A stretch of 64,000 bases of DNA from an uncultured Eubacteriales bacterium (GCA_959604355.1 CAUHAO010000007.1:9778-73777); one strand, 5' to 3'. Shown: positions 8,036 to 17,456, counted from the first letter of the stretch. The notes: a model not told the origin generated them from the letters alone. Numbers and translations are program-made.

Positions 8036-10630
8036 ATGACAGAACTGAAACTTAAATACAACGCTCCCGCGCAAGACACGCAGCGAGGCTGGGACAGCTA
8101 CTCTCTTCCCCTCGGCAACGGCTATATGGGTGTGAGCCTGTTTAACGGTGTTGAAAAGGATCGCTTACAGATAACGGAAAACTCCTACGCAAACCCGCCC
8201 AAATTCGGGGGGCTTACATACCCCACGGATCTTTATTTTGAATTTCCTCACGAGGGCTACGGCGAATACGAGCGCGGTCTTGACCTCAACGCAGGCAAAG
8301 CGTATACAAAATACACATTCAACGGCGTTGAATATACCCGCGAATACTTCACGTCGTACCCCGATAAGGTGCTCGTGATACGCCTTACGGCTTCAAAACC
8401 CGCGTCTCTTTCATTCACCGCAGGCGCAAACGTACCGTATATCAGATCCTACGCCGAGAAACGCGGTGACGGCGGCGGCAGACGCGGACGTATAAAAGCA
8501 AAAAGCAATACCGTAACGATAAAAGCACGTCTCAATTACTACAACGTGCGTTTCGAAGGACAGATACGCGTATTTCCCGTCGGCGGCGAACTGAAAACGA
8601 ACGAGAAAAACGTCGAAGTCATCAACGCGGATAGTGCTGTCATCATTTTCGGCTGTGCGACGAACTATGAACTTACGTCCAACGTGTTCTCGAATCCCGA
8701 TCCGAAAAAGAAGATCCCGGACGTCGATCCGCACGGAAAAGTGCAGAAAATAATGAGCGCAGCTTGCAGAAAATCATATGACCGCCTGTACAAGAACCAT
8801 TTCAAGGACTACAACGCGCTTTTCGGAAGAGTAACCCTCGACCTCACCACCGAATACGACCCCGCATATACTGACGAGATTCTTCAGGCGTACCGTGACG
8901 GCAAAAAGAGCAAATACCTTGAGCAGCTCTTCTTCCAGTACGGCAGATATTTGCTCATCTGCTCCTCCCGAAAAGGCTGTCTGCCCGCTCACCTGCAGGG
9001 TATATGGAACGCCCTTGAAACTTCTCCGTGGGGCTCCGGATATTGGCACAACGTAAACCAGCAGATGAACTACTGGCCCGCGTTCAACACCAACCTTATT
9101 GAACTTTTCGACTCCTACATAGATTTCAATGAAGCGTTCCGCGAAGAAGGCAGTAAATATGCCGCAGAATACGTCAAACACAGCAATCCCGCATCTTACA
9201 CCGACAAACCGGGCGAATGCGGATGGGTCGTCAGCACTCCTTGCTGGGCATATCAGACTTTAGGAATCGGAGAACACTCCGGACCGATGACATGCGGCTT
9301 CACCACGCAGATGTTCTGGGATGCTTACGCTTTCTCTCAGGACGAAGATATGCTCAAAAAGCACGTATACCCCGCTCTTTACTCATTGAGCAAGATGCAC
9401 ACGAAAGCCGTTTCCGACTACGACGGATATCTGTATTGCAAATACAGCGACTCTCAGGAGCAGGAACCGTTCGACGGCAGACACGAAGACTACAACACCA
9501 TAGGTTCTCCCTCTGATCAATCCATGATCTGGGAAAACGGCAGAGACCTTCTTCTTGCCGCAGAGATTCTCGGCAAGGACGACAAACTCATAAAACTCCA
9601 GCGCGAGCAGATGCCTCTTTACAACCCCATAGAAGTCGGCTGGTCGGGTCAGATAAAGGAATACCGCGAAGAACATTTTTACGGCGAGATCGGTGAATAT
9701 GAGCACCGCCATATGTCTCACCTGCTCGGTCTTTACCCCGGAAATCTCATTAACCGTAGCACGCCCGCATGGCTTGATGCGGCAAAGGTATCTCTTCGCG
9801 AACGCGGCTGGCTCAAACAGGGCGGTTGGGCGCTCGCACAGCGCACATGCGCATGGGCACGTGTAGGAGACGCAGAAAAAGCATACACCATGTACAACTG
9901 GCTTCTGACAAAACGTATTGCTCCAAACCTTTGGAACTCTCCGCTCTATCAGATAGACGGTAACTTCGGCGGAACGGCAGGCGTAGCGGAAATGTTGCTG
10001 CAGAGCCATGAAAGCCATATCGTGATTCTTCCTGCTCTTCCCGACGAATGGAAGGACGAAGGCAGTTATAAAGGACTCACGGCGCGCGGCGCGTTCGTTG
10101 TCGACGTAAACTGGAAAAACGGCACGGCCAAAAAGATTGTCGTCACGTCAAAGAAGGGCCGTACATGCAGACTTTCTTACGGCAACATCTCTCTCGCGAC
10201 AGTCAAGGACGGAAGCGGAAACACCGTTGACTTTACCGTTGACGGCAGAGATATGATATCCTTCGAGACAAAGCCCGGCTGCAAATATACAATAACGGGT
10301 ATCCAGGCACTCAAGCGCCCGCAGAAACCCGAAGAGCTTGACGCTGATAAAAAGACCATGACTCTCACGTGGAAGACCAAGAGAGGCCTTACATACAATG
10401 TATACCGCGCATTTGACAGTGCTCCGGACTACGAGCAGATTGCCGACGGCTTGCAGGCCGGCAAGCTCACAGATATGACCGCAGAGTTTGACAAGCACGA
10501 CATCGTCACATACAAGGTAACTTCCGTCTCCTCCGAAGGCGTCGAAAGCGACGGAGTGACTTTCACCGTCAACCACGCGACAAAACGCGAAATTGAGCTT
10601 TACAACAGATATGTCCATCATATATTCTGA
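8036..10630 (+). CDS. Glycoside hydrolase family 95 (alpha-L-fucosidase-like) with a C-terminal Fn3-like domain; no signal peptide
   Basis: The start MTELKLKYNAPAQDTQRGWDSYSLPLGNGYMGVSLFNG matches the GH95 N-terminal signature (PA..W....PlGNG.lG). 864 aa. The C-terminal approximately 90 aa (TLTWKTKRGLTYNVYRA...YKVTSVSSEGVES) looks Fn3-like. The ATG lies 1 nt after the galE stop. Confidence 0.8.
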   Translation: MTELKLKYNAPAQDTQRGWDSYSLPLGNGYMGVSLFNGVEKDRLQITENSYANPPKFGGLTYPTDLYFEFPHEGYGEYERGLDLNAGKAYTKYTFNGVEYTREYFTSYPDKVLVIRLTASKPASLSFTAGANVPYIRSYAEKRGDGGGRRGRIKAKSNTVTIKARLNYYNVRFEGQIRVFPVGGELKTNEKNVEVINADSAVIIFGCATNYELTSNVFSNPDPKKKIPDVDPHGKVQKIMSAACRKSYDRLYKNHFKDYNALFGRVTLDLTTEYDPAYTDEILQAYRDGKKSKYLEQLFFQYGRYLLICSSRKGCLPAHLQGIWNALETSPWGSGYWHNVNQQMNYWPAFNTNLIELFDSYIDFNEAFREEGSKYAAEYVKHSNPASYTDKPGECGWVVSTPCWAYQTLGIGEHSGPMTCGFTTQMFWDAYAFSQDEDMLKKHVYPALYSLSKMHTKAVSDYDGYLYCKYSDSQEQEPFDGRHEDYNTIGSPSDQSMIWENGRDLLLAAEILGKDDKLIKLQREQMPLYNPIEVGWSGQIKEYREEHFYGEIGEYEHRHMSHLLGLYPGNLINRSTPAWLDAAKVSLRERGWLKQGGWALAQRTCAWARVGDAEKAYTMYNWLLTKRIAPNLWNSPLYQIDGNFGGTAGVAEMLLQSHESHIVILPALPDEWKDEGSYKGLTARGAFVVDVNWKNGTAKKIVVTSKKGRTCRLSYGNISLATVKDGSGNTVDFTVDGRDMISFETKPGCKYTITGIQALKRPQKPEELDADKKTMTLTWKTKRGLTYNVYRAFDSAPDYEQIADGLQAGKLTDMTAEFDKHDIVTYKVTSVSSEGVESDGVTFTVNHATKREIELYNRYVHHIF

Positions 10631-10657
10631 TAGAATACAGTAATTACATGTAAAAAT

Positions 10658-10690
10658 ATAGCCGTGAGGAAGCTTATTCCTCACGGCTAT
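10658..10690. terminator. Bidirectional terminator
   Basis: 14-bp perfect stem atagccgtgaggaa/ttcctcacggctat with a 5-nt loop. Flanked by aaaaat and attttta. It lies between convergent genes. Confidence 0.85.
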
Positions 10691-10704
10691 ATTTTTACAT
10701 GCTT

Positions 10705-12453
10705 TTATTTGCTTAACGCGTATTTGTTAATGTATTTATTATAATTACTTTCATATTGATCGTCGGCAGACTTGATCTCTTTCAACGATTCATGCAAATT
10801 CATAGTATGCTTTGAAGCGTCCAGCACGCATCCGGCAATATTGGAGCAATGGTCGCTGACGCGCTCAAGGTTAGTAAGCAGATCCGACCAGACAAAGCCG
10901 ACCTCGATACTGCACTTACCGTCCTGCATACGAAGAATATGCCGGGTGCGCAGAGTTTCCTTCAAGCCGTCGATGACCTGTTCAAGCGGCTCGACAGAAT
11001 ATGCGGAATCAATGTCATTTTTTTCAAAAGCGGTAAGGGACAGCGAAAGCACCTCAGAAACGGCCGCGGTCATCACGTCATAGTCCTTCAACGCCTGCTC
11101 TGTAAGAGTCAGCTTCTTTTCACGCATTTCTTCTGCTGATTCCAGAAGGTTGACGGCGTGGTCGGAGATGCGCTCATAGTCACCGATTACTTTCAGCAGA
11201 GAGGTCGCTTCCTCGCTCTCCGCCTGTCCCATCTTCTGGGCACTCAAACGAACAAGGTAGGTGCCGAGAATATCCTCATAGTGGTCGCAAAGGTCTTCCC
11301 ATTCCCGAATCTCTTCTGCCTTTTGAGGCGAGTATTCCGTGAAACATCCCATAGATTGCTTCAGCGCCCGCACCGCAGTTTCTGCCATGTTCAAAGCGAA
11401 CTTCCGGCACTGTGCAAGGGCGAGCGGAGGGGTGATAAGCAAGCGCTCATCCAGTTCGGACACTCTTTCGGTGCGCTTTCCGTCAGGCACCAGTCGACAG
11501 ACCAATTTCTCGAGAAATCCGCCGAGGGGCAGCATCAGAAGCGTACAAAGGACATTGAAAACGGAATGGGCAACTGCTATTCCCAAAAGACTTGCCGATG
11601 TCCCGAGAAAAGAGGGCGCAAAAATTGCCTTGATCAGAGAGAATATGCCGAGCCAAACCGCCGTCCCGATGACATTGAAAGAAAGATGCACCATAGCGGC
11701 ACGCTTGGCGTTTTTGTTTGCACCTATCGAAGAAATCAGCGCCGTGACGCATGTGCCGATGTTCTGTCCCATGATGATTGGAATAGCCGCGCCGTAGGAT
11801 ACCGCACCGGTAGCGGCAAGTGCTTGCAGAATACCGACAGAAGCGGAACTGGATTGAATGATTGCCGTCAGCACCGCGCCGACAAGCACGCCGAGCACGG
11901 GATTCGCAAACATCAAAAAGAGGTTCTGAAATTCAGGAACATTTTCAAGCCCAACTAACGAGCCCGACATGGTTTCCATGCCGAACATCAAGGTGGCAAA
12001 GCCGAGGAGAATCATGCCGGTGTCCTTTTTTTTGTCCTTTTTGCAGAACATATAAAGGATAATACCGACCAGAGCCAAAATCGGTGTAAATGAGGAGGGC
12101 TTCAGAAGGTTCACCCACATATTTCCGCTATCGATGCCCGCAAGGCTCAAAAGCCACGCCGTCACCGTCGTACCGATGTTGGCACCCATGATAACATAGA
12201 TCGATTGCTTCAGCGTCATGAGCCCGGAGTTAACAAAACCGACAACCATGACCGTTGTCGCGGAGGAGCTTTGAATTACCGCCGTCACGCCGAGCCCTGT
12301 AAGAAGTCCTGCCGGCCGACTATTCGTCATTTTTCCGAGCACGTTGCGGAGCCCGCTTCCCGCACGGCGTTCCAGAGCCTGTCCCATAAGGCTCATTCCG
12401 AACAAAAAGAGACACAGCCCACCGATCATCGATAATAAATTGAAAATGTCCAT
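10705..12453 (-). CDS. Na+/phosphate cotransporter family protein with C-terminal PhoU-like domains
   Basis: N-terminus MDIFNLLSMIGGLCLFLFGMSLMGQALE, the duplicated Na/Pi cotransporter motif SSSATT/SSSASV, and a helical PhoU-like C-terminal approximately 200 aa. Confidence 0.9.
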   Translation of the reverse strand: MDIFNLLSMIGGLCLFLFGMSLMGQALERRAGSGLRNVLGKMTNSRPAGLLTGLGVTAVIQSSSATTVMVVGFVNSGLMTLKQSIYVIMGANIGTTVTAWLLSLAGIDSGNMWVNLLKPSSFTPILALVGIILYMFCKKDKKKDTGMILLGFATLMFGMETMSGSLVGLENVPEFQNLFLMFANPVLGVLVGAVLTAIIQSSSASVGILQALAATGAVSYGAAIPIIMGQNIGTCVTALISSIGANKNAKRAAMVHLSFNVIGTAVWLGIFSLIKAIFAPSFLGTSASLLGIAVAHSVFNVLCTLLMLPLGGFLEKLVCRLVPDGKRTERVSELDERLLITPPLALAQCRKFALNMAETAVRALKQSMGCFTEYSPQKAEEIREWEDLCDHYEDILGTYLVRLSAQKMGQAESEEATSLLKVIGDYERISDHAVNLLESAEEMREKKLTLTEQALKDYDVMTAAVSEVLSLSLTAFEKNDIDSAYSVEPLEQVIDGLKETLRTRHILRMQDGKCSIEVGFVWSDLLTNLERVSDHCSNIAGCVLDASKHTMNLHESLKEIKSADDQYESNYNKYINKYALSK

Positions 12454-12484
12454 CTGTTACCTATTCCTTTCCTGTATCAGAATA

Positions 12485-12540
12485 AGTATAACAGACGGAC
12501 ATCAAATCGGTTATCCTTGTTTTGTAAAATCGATGTAAAG
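12485..12540 (-). promoter_or_regulatory. Pho-box-like promoter (site 2) in front of the Na/Pi transporter gene
   Basis: The minus strand reads cTTTACAtcgatTTTACA, then 32 nt, then TATACT. The architecture and spacing are the same as at 15566-15621. A 34-nt core is identical at 28/34 positions. Confidence 0.6.
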
Positions 12541-12542
12541 TT

Positions 12543-13199
12543 TCAAATTAACTGCTGCTCATTAATCATAAGCTTGAATTGCAGCCCCACCTTTTCCGCC
12601 GCCTTTCGGCAGAGAATCATGCGTTCCATAAAGATTTCAAAGTATTCCATCACGCTGCCCACATGGGTATCGATCTGCAATTTCAGTTTGATCAATGTAT
12701 GCGCTTCATTGATTTTCAGTTCTGATTTTGTAACCGAATAATTCACACGGTCGTGAATATCAAATGTTGTAAGCTCATGATTACGCACACGGCTTCGGCG
12801 CACATCGGATTTATCTGCTAAAATCAGAGCGGCGGCGAGAGGACTGACAGGAACACCTGTGCCTTCATCGTGATTGCCGATAGCAGATACGATCAGTGCA
12901 ATTTCCTCCGGAGGAAAGTCCAGATGGTCAAGAATACGAAATGCCATAATCGCACCGCTTTGACTGTGATCCACCCTGTTGATGAGATTGCCTATATCGT
13001 GCAAAAAACCCGCAATTTTTCCAAGTTCAACTGTCCTTTCGGGATAGCCGAGCGTTTTCAAAATATACCCTGTCTTTTCCGCAACTGCCGTAACATGGGC
13101 AAAACTGTGTTCGGTATATCCAAGCTCGGCAAGTGTTTCATCCGCCGCCTTTACATAGGTTCGGATTGTCGGATCATCGCGGATTTGTTCATAGGTCAT
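12543..13199 (-). CDS. HD-domain phosphohydrolase
   Basis: H..HD..H..D pattern (FAHV, LHDIGN, GNHD, LADKSD). It overlaps the phoR-like stop by 11 nt. Confidence 0.75.
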   Translation of the reverse strand: MTYEQIRDDPTIRTYVKAADETLAELGYTEHSFAHVTAVAEKTGYILKTLGYPERTVELGKIAGFLHDIGNLINRVDHSQSGAIMAFRILDHLDFPPEEIALIVSAIGNHDEGTGVPVSPLAAALILADKSDVRRSRVRNHELTTFDIHDRVNYSVTKSELKINEAHTLIKLKLQIDTHVGSVMEYFEIFMERMILCRKAAEKVGLQFKLMINEQQLI

Positions 13200-14871
13200 G
13201 GTTGTCTTGACTCCTCTCTTTCGGGAAAATCACAGTGATCGTCGTCCCTTCGTCAAGAACGCTATGAACCTCGATTTTGGCATTATGGAGTTTTGCCGCA
13301 TGCTTGACAATGGAAAGCCCGAGCCCCGTGCCGCCGACAGACTTGGAACGACTCTTATCCACGCGATAGAATCGCTCAAAAATTCGCTCCTGTGCTTCGG
13401 GCGGAATCCCTATACCGGTGTCTCTGACAGATAGAACAGCGTTATTATCGTCGCCCGTCACCTTCACGAAGACGCTTCCTCCACGACGATTGTACTTGAT
13501 AGCGTTATCGCAAAGGTTATATACAATACCGGACAGAAGAGCGGGAATTCCGTCAATTTCTGTTGCCTCACCTTCAAGGGTCAGTTCGACTCCGGCATCT
13601 TTCGCCACAGGTGTCAGATTTCGCACGGTAAGAGAGGCGATCTCGTAGATATCCGTCTTTTCCCACTTCATATCCTCCGCACCCTCGTCAAGATGCGAAA
13701 GCTTGATGATATCATCCACAAGCGAGATCATACGGTGCGCTTCGTTATAGATCTGTCCTGAAAACTTCGGCACATCCTCCGCCTTGACCATCCCGCCGGC
13801 CATCAATTCCGCACAACCCGAAATGGTTTGCAGGGGGGTTTTGAGTTCGTGTGACACATTGGCGGTGAATTCGCGTCTTGTTTCCTCGGCTTTTTCTTTT
13901 TCGGTAATATCAAAGAGAATCAAAGCAACGCCTGTGACTTTTCCGTCAGTTATGACGGGGCTTGCGTTCATCTGATAACGCCGCTCTCCGATGACAATGT
14001 TTTTTTCCGCGTGATTGCCTGCTATGGAAACACGGAGCAATTCCTGTAAATCAAACGAATTATTGAAAAGTAACAGATCTTTACCTATGCAATAGCGGCT
14101 TATGCCGAGCAAGCGAGATGCAGATTCGTTAATACTGATGATGCATCCGTTTTCGTTCAGCAGAATGATTCCTTCGTTCATCTGCCGCGTTGCCGTGTCA
14201 AACTCATCCTTTTTTTGCTTAAGTTCGGCTTCCTGTCGCTTCAACTGCTTCTGTTGGGTACGAATCCGACGGACAAGGGAGGAAAGCTCTTCATATGTGT
14301 CCTCTTCCCGTAAATCGTCCAAGTTGAGCTTGTTCAAAGGATCAATTATCCTTTTGGAAAGCCGAAAGGCAAGCACGAGCGATAAAACTACAACGATGAC
14401 AGCGACGATCAAAATAGGCTGAAGCATGGAAAAGAGCAGTCCCCACCATGTCATTTGCGAAACAGAAAGACGAATCACCGTACCGTCCGAGAGCCTGGTC
14501 GCCGCATAATACTGCCGTTCCGTCAAGGTTTTCGAATAGCGTGAGCTTTCTCCGGTACCTGTCAACAGAGCCTCTTTTATTTCCTCTCGCTCCAAATGGT
14601 TCTCCATTCCCGAGCTGTCTGCTTTGCTGTCGAAAAGCACGCTTCCGTCTGCTGAAATCCACGTAATACGAGTATCATCGGCAGGAAGCCCCTTCAGGTA
14701 ATCAAGCCCCCCCTGCTCCACGGCGGTGGAAACCAATGATGTTTGCGTGACCAGTCTGCTTTTCTGCTGATCTGAAAAATAGGCATACAAAACGCCCATA
14801 ATTAAAACCAATGAAGCGAGAAAAACCGCAACCGAAACAATGCATATCGAGCGGAAAATTTTTTTTGTCAT
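13189..14871 (-). CDS. phoR: Sensor histidine kinase, PhoR-like (2 TM, PAS, HisKA, HATPase)
   Basis: H-box ANVSHELKTPL, N-box DNAIKY and G-boxes DTGIGI/GGTGLGLSIV. Two N-terminal TM segments. The genomic context includes a phosphate transporter and Pho-box-like repeats. Confidence 0.8.
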   Translation of the reverse strand: MTKKIFRSICIVSVAVFLASLVLIMGVLYAYFSDQQKSRLVTQTSLVSTAVEQGGLDYLKGLPADDTRITWISADGSVLFDSKADSSGMENHLEREEIKEALLTGTGESSRYSKTLTERQYYAATRLSDGTVIRLSVSQMTWWGLLFSMLQPILIVAVIVVVLSLVLAFRLSKRIIDPLNKLNLDDLREEDTYEELSSLVRRIRTQQKQLKRQEAELKQKKDEFDTATRQMNEGIILLNENGCIISINESASRLLGISRYCIGKDLLLFNNSFDLQELLRVSIAGNHAEKNIVIGERRYQMNASPVITDGKVTGVALILFDITEKEKAEETRREFTANVSHELKTPLQTISGCAELMAGGMVKAEDVPKFSGQIYNEAHRMISLVDDIIKLSHLDEGAEDMKWEKTDIYEIASLTVRNLTPVAKDAGVELTLEGEATEIDGIPALLSGIVYNLCDNAIKYNRRGGSVFVKVTGDDNNAVLSVRDTGIGIPPEAQERIFERFYRVDKSRSKSVGGTGLGLSIVKHAAKLHNAKIEVHSVLDEGTTITVIFPKERSQDNHDL

Positions 14872-15542
14872 ACATTTGCCTCCATTTTATATCCGACACC
14901 GCGCACTGTTTCGATTCTTTCTCCGGCTGTGCCAAGCTTGGTACGCAGTGTCCCGATATGGACATCCACCGTTCGCGTTTCTCCGATAAAGTCAATGCCC
15001 CAAATCTGAGACAGAAGCTGATCTCTTGTGAAAACCTGCCCGGGGTTGGATAAGAGAACACGCAAAAGGTCGTATTCTTTTAAGGTGAGGACAAGCGCCG
15101 AGCCGTCCACGGTCACGGTGTGTTTTTTACAATCCATACAAATCTGCCCGCTTTGCAATATCTCGCCTTTTTCCTTCGGAGTTGTCCGACGGAGCAGAGC
15201 GCGGACACGGGAGACCATTTCCATCATGCCGAAGGGCTTGGCGAGATAGTCGTCGGCACCGAGATCAAGCCCTATCACCTTGTCGTATTCGGTACCTTTT
15301 GCACTTGCCATCATCACCGGGATATCGGCGGTCAAAGGATTCGCGCGCAATTTCTTCAAAATCGAAATTCCATCCTCGCCGGGGAGCATGATGTCAAGAA
15401 GTATCAGATCCGGATTTTCCTGTTTCATTTCCTGCCAAAAGGATGGTGAATCTGGGAATCCCTTTGCCTCAAAGCCGGAGGCGTTCAGCGTATAAATCAT
15501 AAGATCACGAATGCTGTCTTCATCTTCTACACAGTAAATCAT
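14868..15542 (-). CDS. phoP: OmpR/PhoB-family response regulator, PhoP-like
   Basis: Receiver domain (LLDIMLPGEDG) plus a winged-helix C-terminus (RGVGYKM). 4-nt overlap with the kinase gene. Confidence 0.85.
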   Translation of the reverse strand: MIYCVEDEDSIRDLMIYTLNASGFEAKGFPDSPSFWQEMKQENPDLILLDIMLPGEDGISILKKLRANPLTADIPVMMASAKGTEYDKVIGLDLGADDYLAKPFGMMEMVSRVRALLRRTTPKEKGEILQSGQICMDCKKHTVTVDGSALVLTLKEYDLLRVLLSNPGQVFTRDQLLSQIWGIDFIGETRTVDVHIGTLRTKLGTAGERIETVRGVGYKMEANV

Positions 15543-15565
15543 ATTCGGCCTCCGTTTTTGACTAT

Positions 15566-15621
15566 AGTATATCCATTCAATGTAATGTCGGTTATCTTTT
15601 TTCTGTAAAATTCTTGTAAAG
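15566..15621 (-). promoter_or_regulatory. Pho-box-like promoter (site 1) in front of the phoP-like gene
   Basis: The minus strand reads cTTTACAagaatTTTACA, then 32 nt, then TATACT. A further 23 nt containing GGAGG leads to the ATG. Confidence 0.6.
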
Positions 15622-15691
15622 CTGTTTTTGTCTGCTCAGATTACTTCAACACGGTAATACCGGTAAATGACTGACAGAAAAATACGGCTGA

Positions 15692-15727
15692 GATATAATT
15701 ATCGGTATCCTCTACCGATATTATATC
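15692..15727. repeat. Near-perfect AT-rich palindrome (possible operator)
   Basis: gatataattatcggta-tcctc-taccgatattatatc. The arms match apart from one missing base. No U-tract on either strand. Confidence 0.5.
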
Positions 15728-16147
15728 ACAACAGTTCAATTAAGTCAAGAAATGAAGCTTCTTTTCTTTCTTGGGAATGATTGTTGAGTTTGTGGATGAA
15801 AAAAGAGCCGAGGACAGCCGAAAATTAAGGCATAACCGACCGCGAGGGCTGCAATCAGCCGCATGATGGCGGTCAACCGGAGATGTGTGTATGACGGTGT
15901 CGGATAGATTGAGCAGTTGAGTAATCTCCCGAGCTTGTTTTCGACGGAAATCTGCGTCGGTTTTCAATTCCGAAAACGCAATCCGTACAATCAGGATGCA
16001 TTTGAAAAAGACAATCGCCGACGGCAAAAGTAAAGAAACGGAAACCGCGCTTGCAAAAGTCTTAAATGCTCCGATCAGAGCTTTCTTTCATTACAATAAC
16101 TTTATGTTCTGATATAATTCTCTCACATATTTAAAACAACTCATTAT

Positions 16148-16193
16148 AACGCCTGAGGGATACCTGCTTTATCGCAGGTATCCCTCAGACGTT
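16148..16193 (-). terminator. Terminator after rplA
   Basis: 20-bp stem with 19/20 pairs (aacgcctgagggatacctgc / gcaggtatccctcagacgtt) and a 6-nt loop, 20 nt downstream of the rplA stop. Confidence 0.75.
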
Positions 16194-16213
16194 ATGTTAA
16201 TTTTCAATTATTA

Positions 16214-16906
16214 TCAGCCGAGTTTTGCAGAGTTGACTTTGATACCGGGGCCCATCGTAGAAGCAACGACACAACTCTTTATATACTGACCTTTAGCAGC
16301 TGCGGGTCTTGCCTTGATGATAGCGCCGAGAAGAGTGTTGAAGTTTTCTGCGAGCTTTTCTGCACCGAAAGAAGCTTTGCCGATCGGGCAGTGGATAATG
16401 TTGGTTTTATCGAGTCTGTACTCAATTTTACCGGCTTTGATCTCCTTGATCGCCTGAGCGACGTTAGGAGTAACGGTACCTGCCTTCGGGTTAGGCATCA
16501 AGCCTTTAGGACCGAGGACTTTACCGAGACGGCCGACAACACCCATCATGTCGGGAGTCGCGACAACGATATCAAAGTCGAACCAGTTTTCATGCTGAAT
16601 CTTTGCAACAAGATCTTCGCCGCCGACATAATCAGCGCCTGCAGCCTGAGCTTCGTCGATCTTATCGCCCTTCGCGAAAACAAGAACTTTTATGCTCTTA
16701 CCGGTTCCGTGAGGAAGAACGATAGCGCCTCTGACCTGCTGGTCAGCGTGACGGGAGTCAACGCCGAGTCTTACATGGACTTCAACAGTCTCATCAAATT
16801 TAGCCTTTGCGGTCTGGCAAACCAGGCCCATAGCTTCGTCTGTATCATAGAGCTTAGCTCTGTCAATGAGCTTTGCGCTCTCAATATATTTCTTACCCTG
16901 TTTCAT
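16214..16906 (-). CDS. rplA: 50S ribosomal protein L1
   Basis: Full-length L1 sequence ([15 protein letters not shown]..., [28 protein letters not shown]). Confidence 0.98.
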   Translation of the reverse strand: MKQGKKYIESAKLIDRAKLYDTDEAMGLVCQTAKAKFDETVEVHVRLGVDSRHADQQVRGAIVLPHGTGKSIKVLVFAKGDKIDEAQAAGADYVGGEDLVAKIQHENWFDFDIVVATPDMMGVVGRLGKVLGPKGLMPNPKAGTVTPNVAQAIKEIKAGKIEYRLDKTNIIHCPIGKASFGAEKLAENFNTLLGAIIKARPAAAKGQYIKSCVVASTMGPGIKVNSAKLG

Positions 16907-16971
16907 AATCTTAAAAAAATCCTCCTATGTGGTTTGTTCGGAAATTAATCCTCCCACTTATTGAATGGCAC

Positions 16972-17397
16972 TCAGTCTACTACTTCTACGCCCATGCTTC
17001 TCGCTGTACCTGCGACCATAGCCATAGCCGCTTCTACCGTGGTAGCGTTGAGGTCGGGCATTTTCTGCTCGGCGATAGCTTTAACCTGAGCTTTTGTGAT
17101 CTTTGCAACCTTTGTCTTATTGGGAACGCCGGAACCCTTTTCAAGTCCGCAAGCCTTCTTTATAAGAACTGCTGCCGGAGGAGTCTTGGTAATGAAAGAG
17201 AAAGAACGGTCAGCATAAACAGTAATGATAACGGGGATTATAAGACCCATATCACCCTTCGTTCTTTCGTTGAACTCCTTGGTGAATGCCATGATATTGA
17301 CACCGTGCTGACCGAGAGCCGGACCTACCGGAGGAGCCGGGTTTGCCTTGCCTGCAGGTATCTGTAACTTGATATATCCTACAATTTTCTGCGCCAT
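16972..17397 (-). CDS. rplK: 50S ribosomal protein L11
   Basis: [27 protein letters not shown] signature. 141 aa. Confidence 0.98.
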   Translation of the reverse strand: MAQKIVGYIKLQIPAGKANPAPPVGPALGQHGVNIMAFTKEFNERTKGDMGLIIPVIITVYADRSFSFITKTPPAAVLIKKACGLEKGSGVPNKTKVAKITKAQVKAIAEQKMPDLNATTVEAAMAMVAGTARSMGVEVVD

Positions 17398-17456
17398 TGA
17401 AGTACGCCTCCTATGCTATACTATCAAAATGAATGAATAGTTTTGTTTAATTGGAA

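Noticed and set aside
6748-8079. 443-aa ORF on the minus strand covering all of galE and its promoter region
   Set aside because: It is antisense to a confidently identified galE. The sequence is low-complexity and Cys/Phe/Val-rich with no recognisable motif and no SD. It is a typical shadow ORF.
15740-16027. 95-aa minus-strand ORF in the rplA-phoP gap
   Set aside because: No SD, no recognisable family, and composition atypical of the neighbouring genes. I treat the region as non-coding.
15925-16112. The plus-strand translation ...RRKSASVFNSENAIRTIRMHLKKTIADGKSKETETALAKVLNAPIRAFFHYNN faintly resembles ribosomal protein S20 helices (possible rpsT remnant)
   Set aside because: The similarity is only by eye, roughly one residue in three. 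There is no start codon or SD for the full segment, and a stop lies immediately upstream. It needs tblastn or HMM confirmation before any claim.
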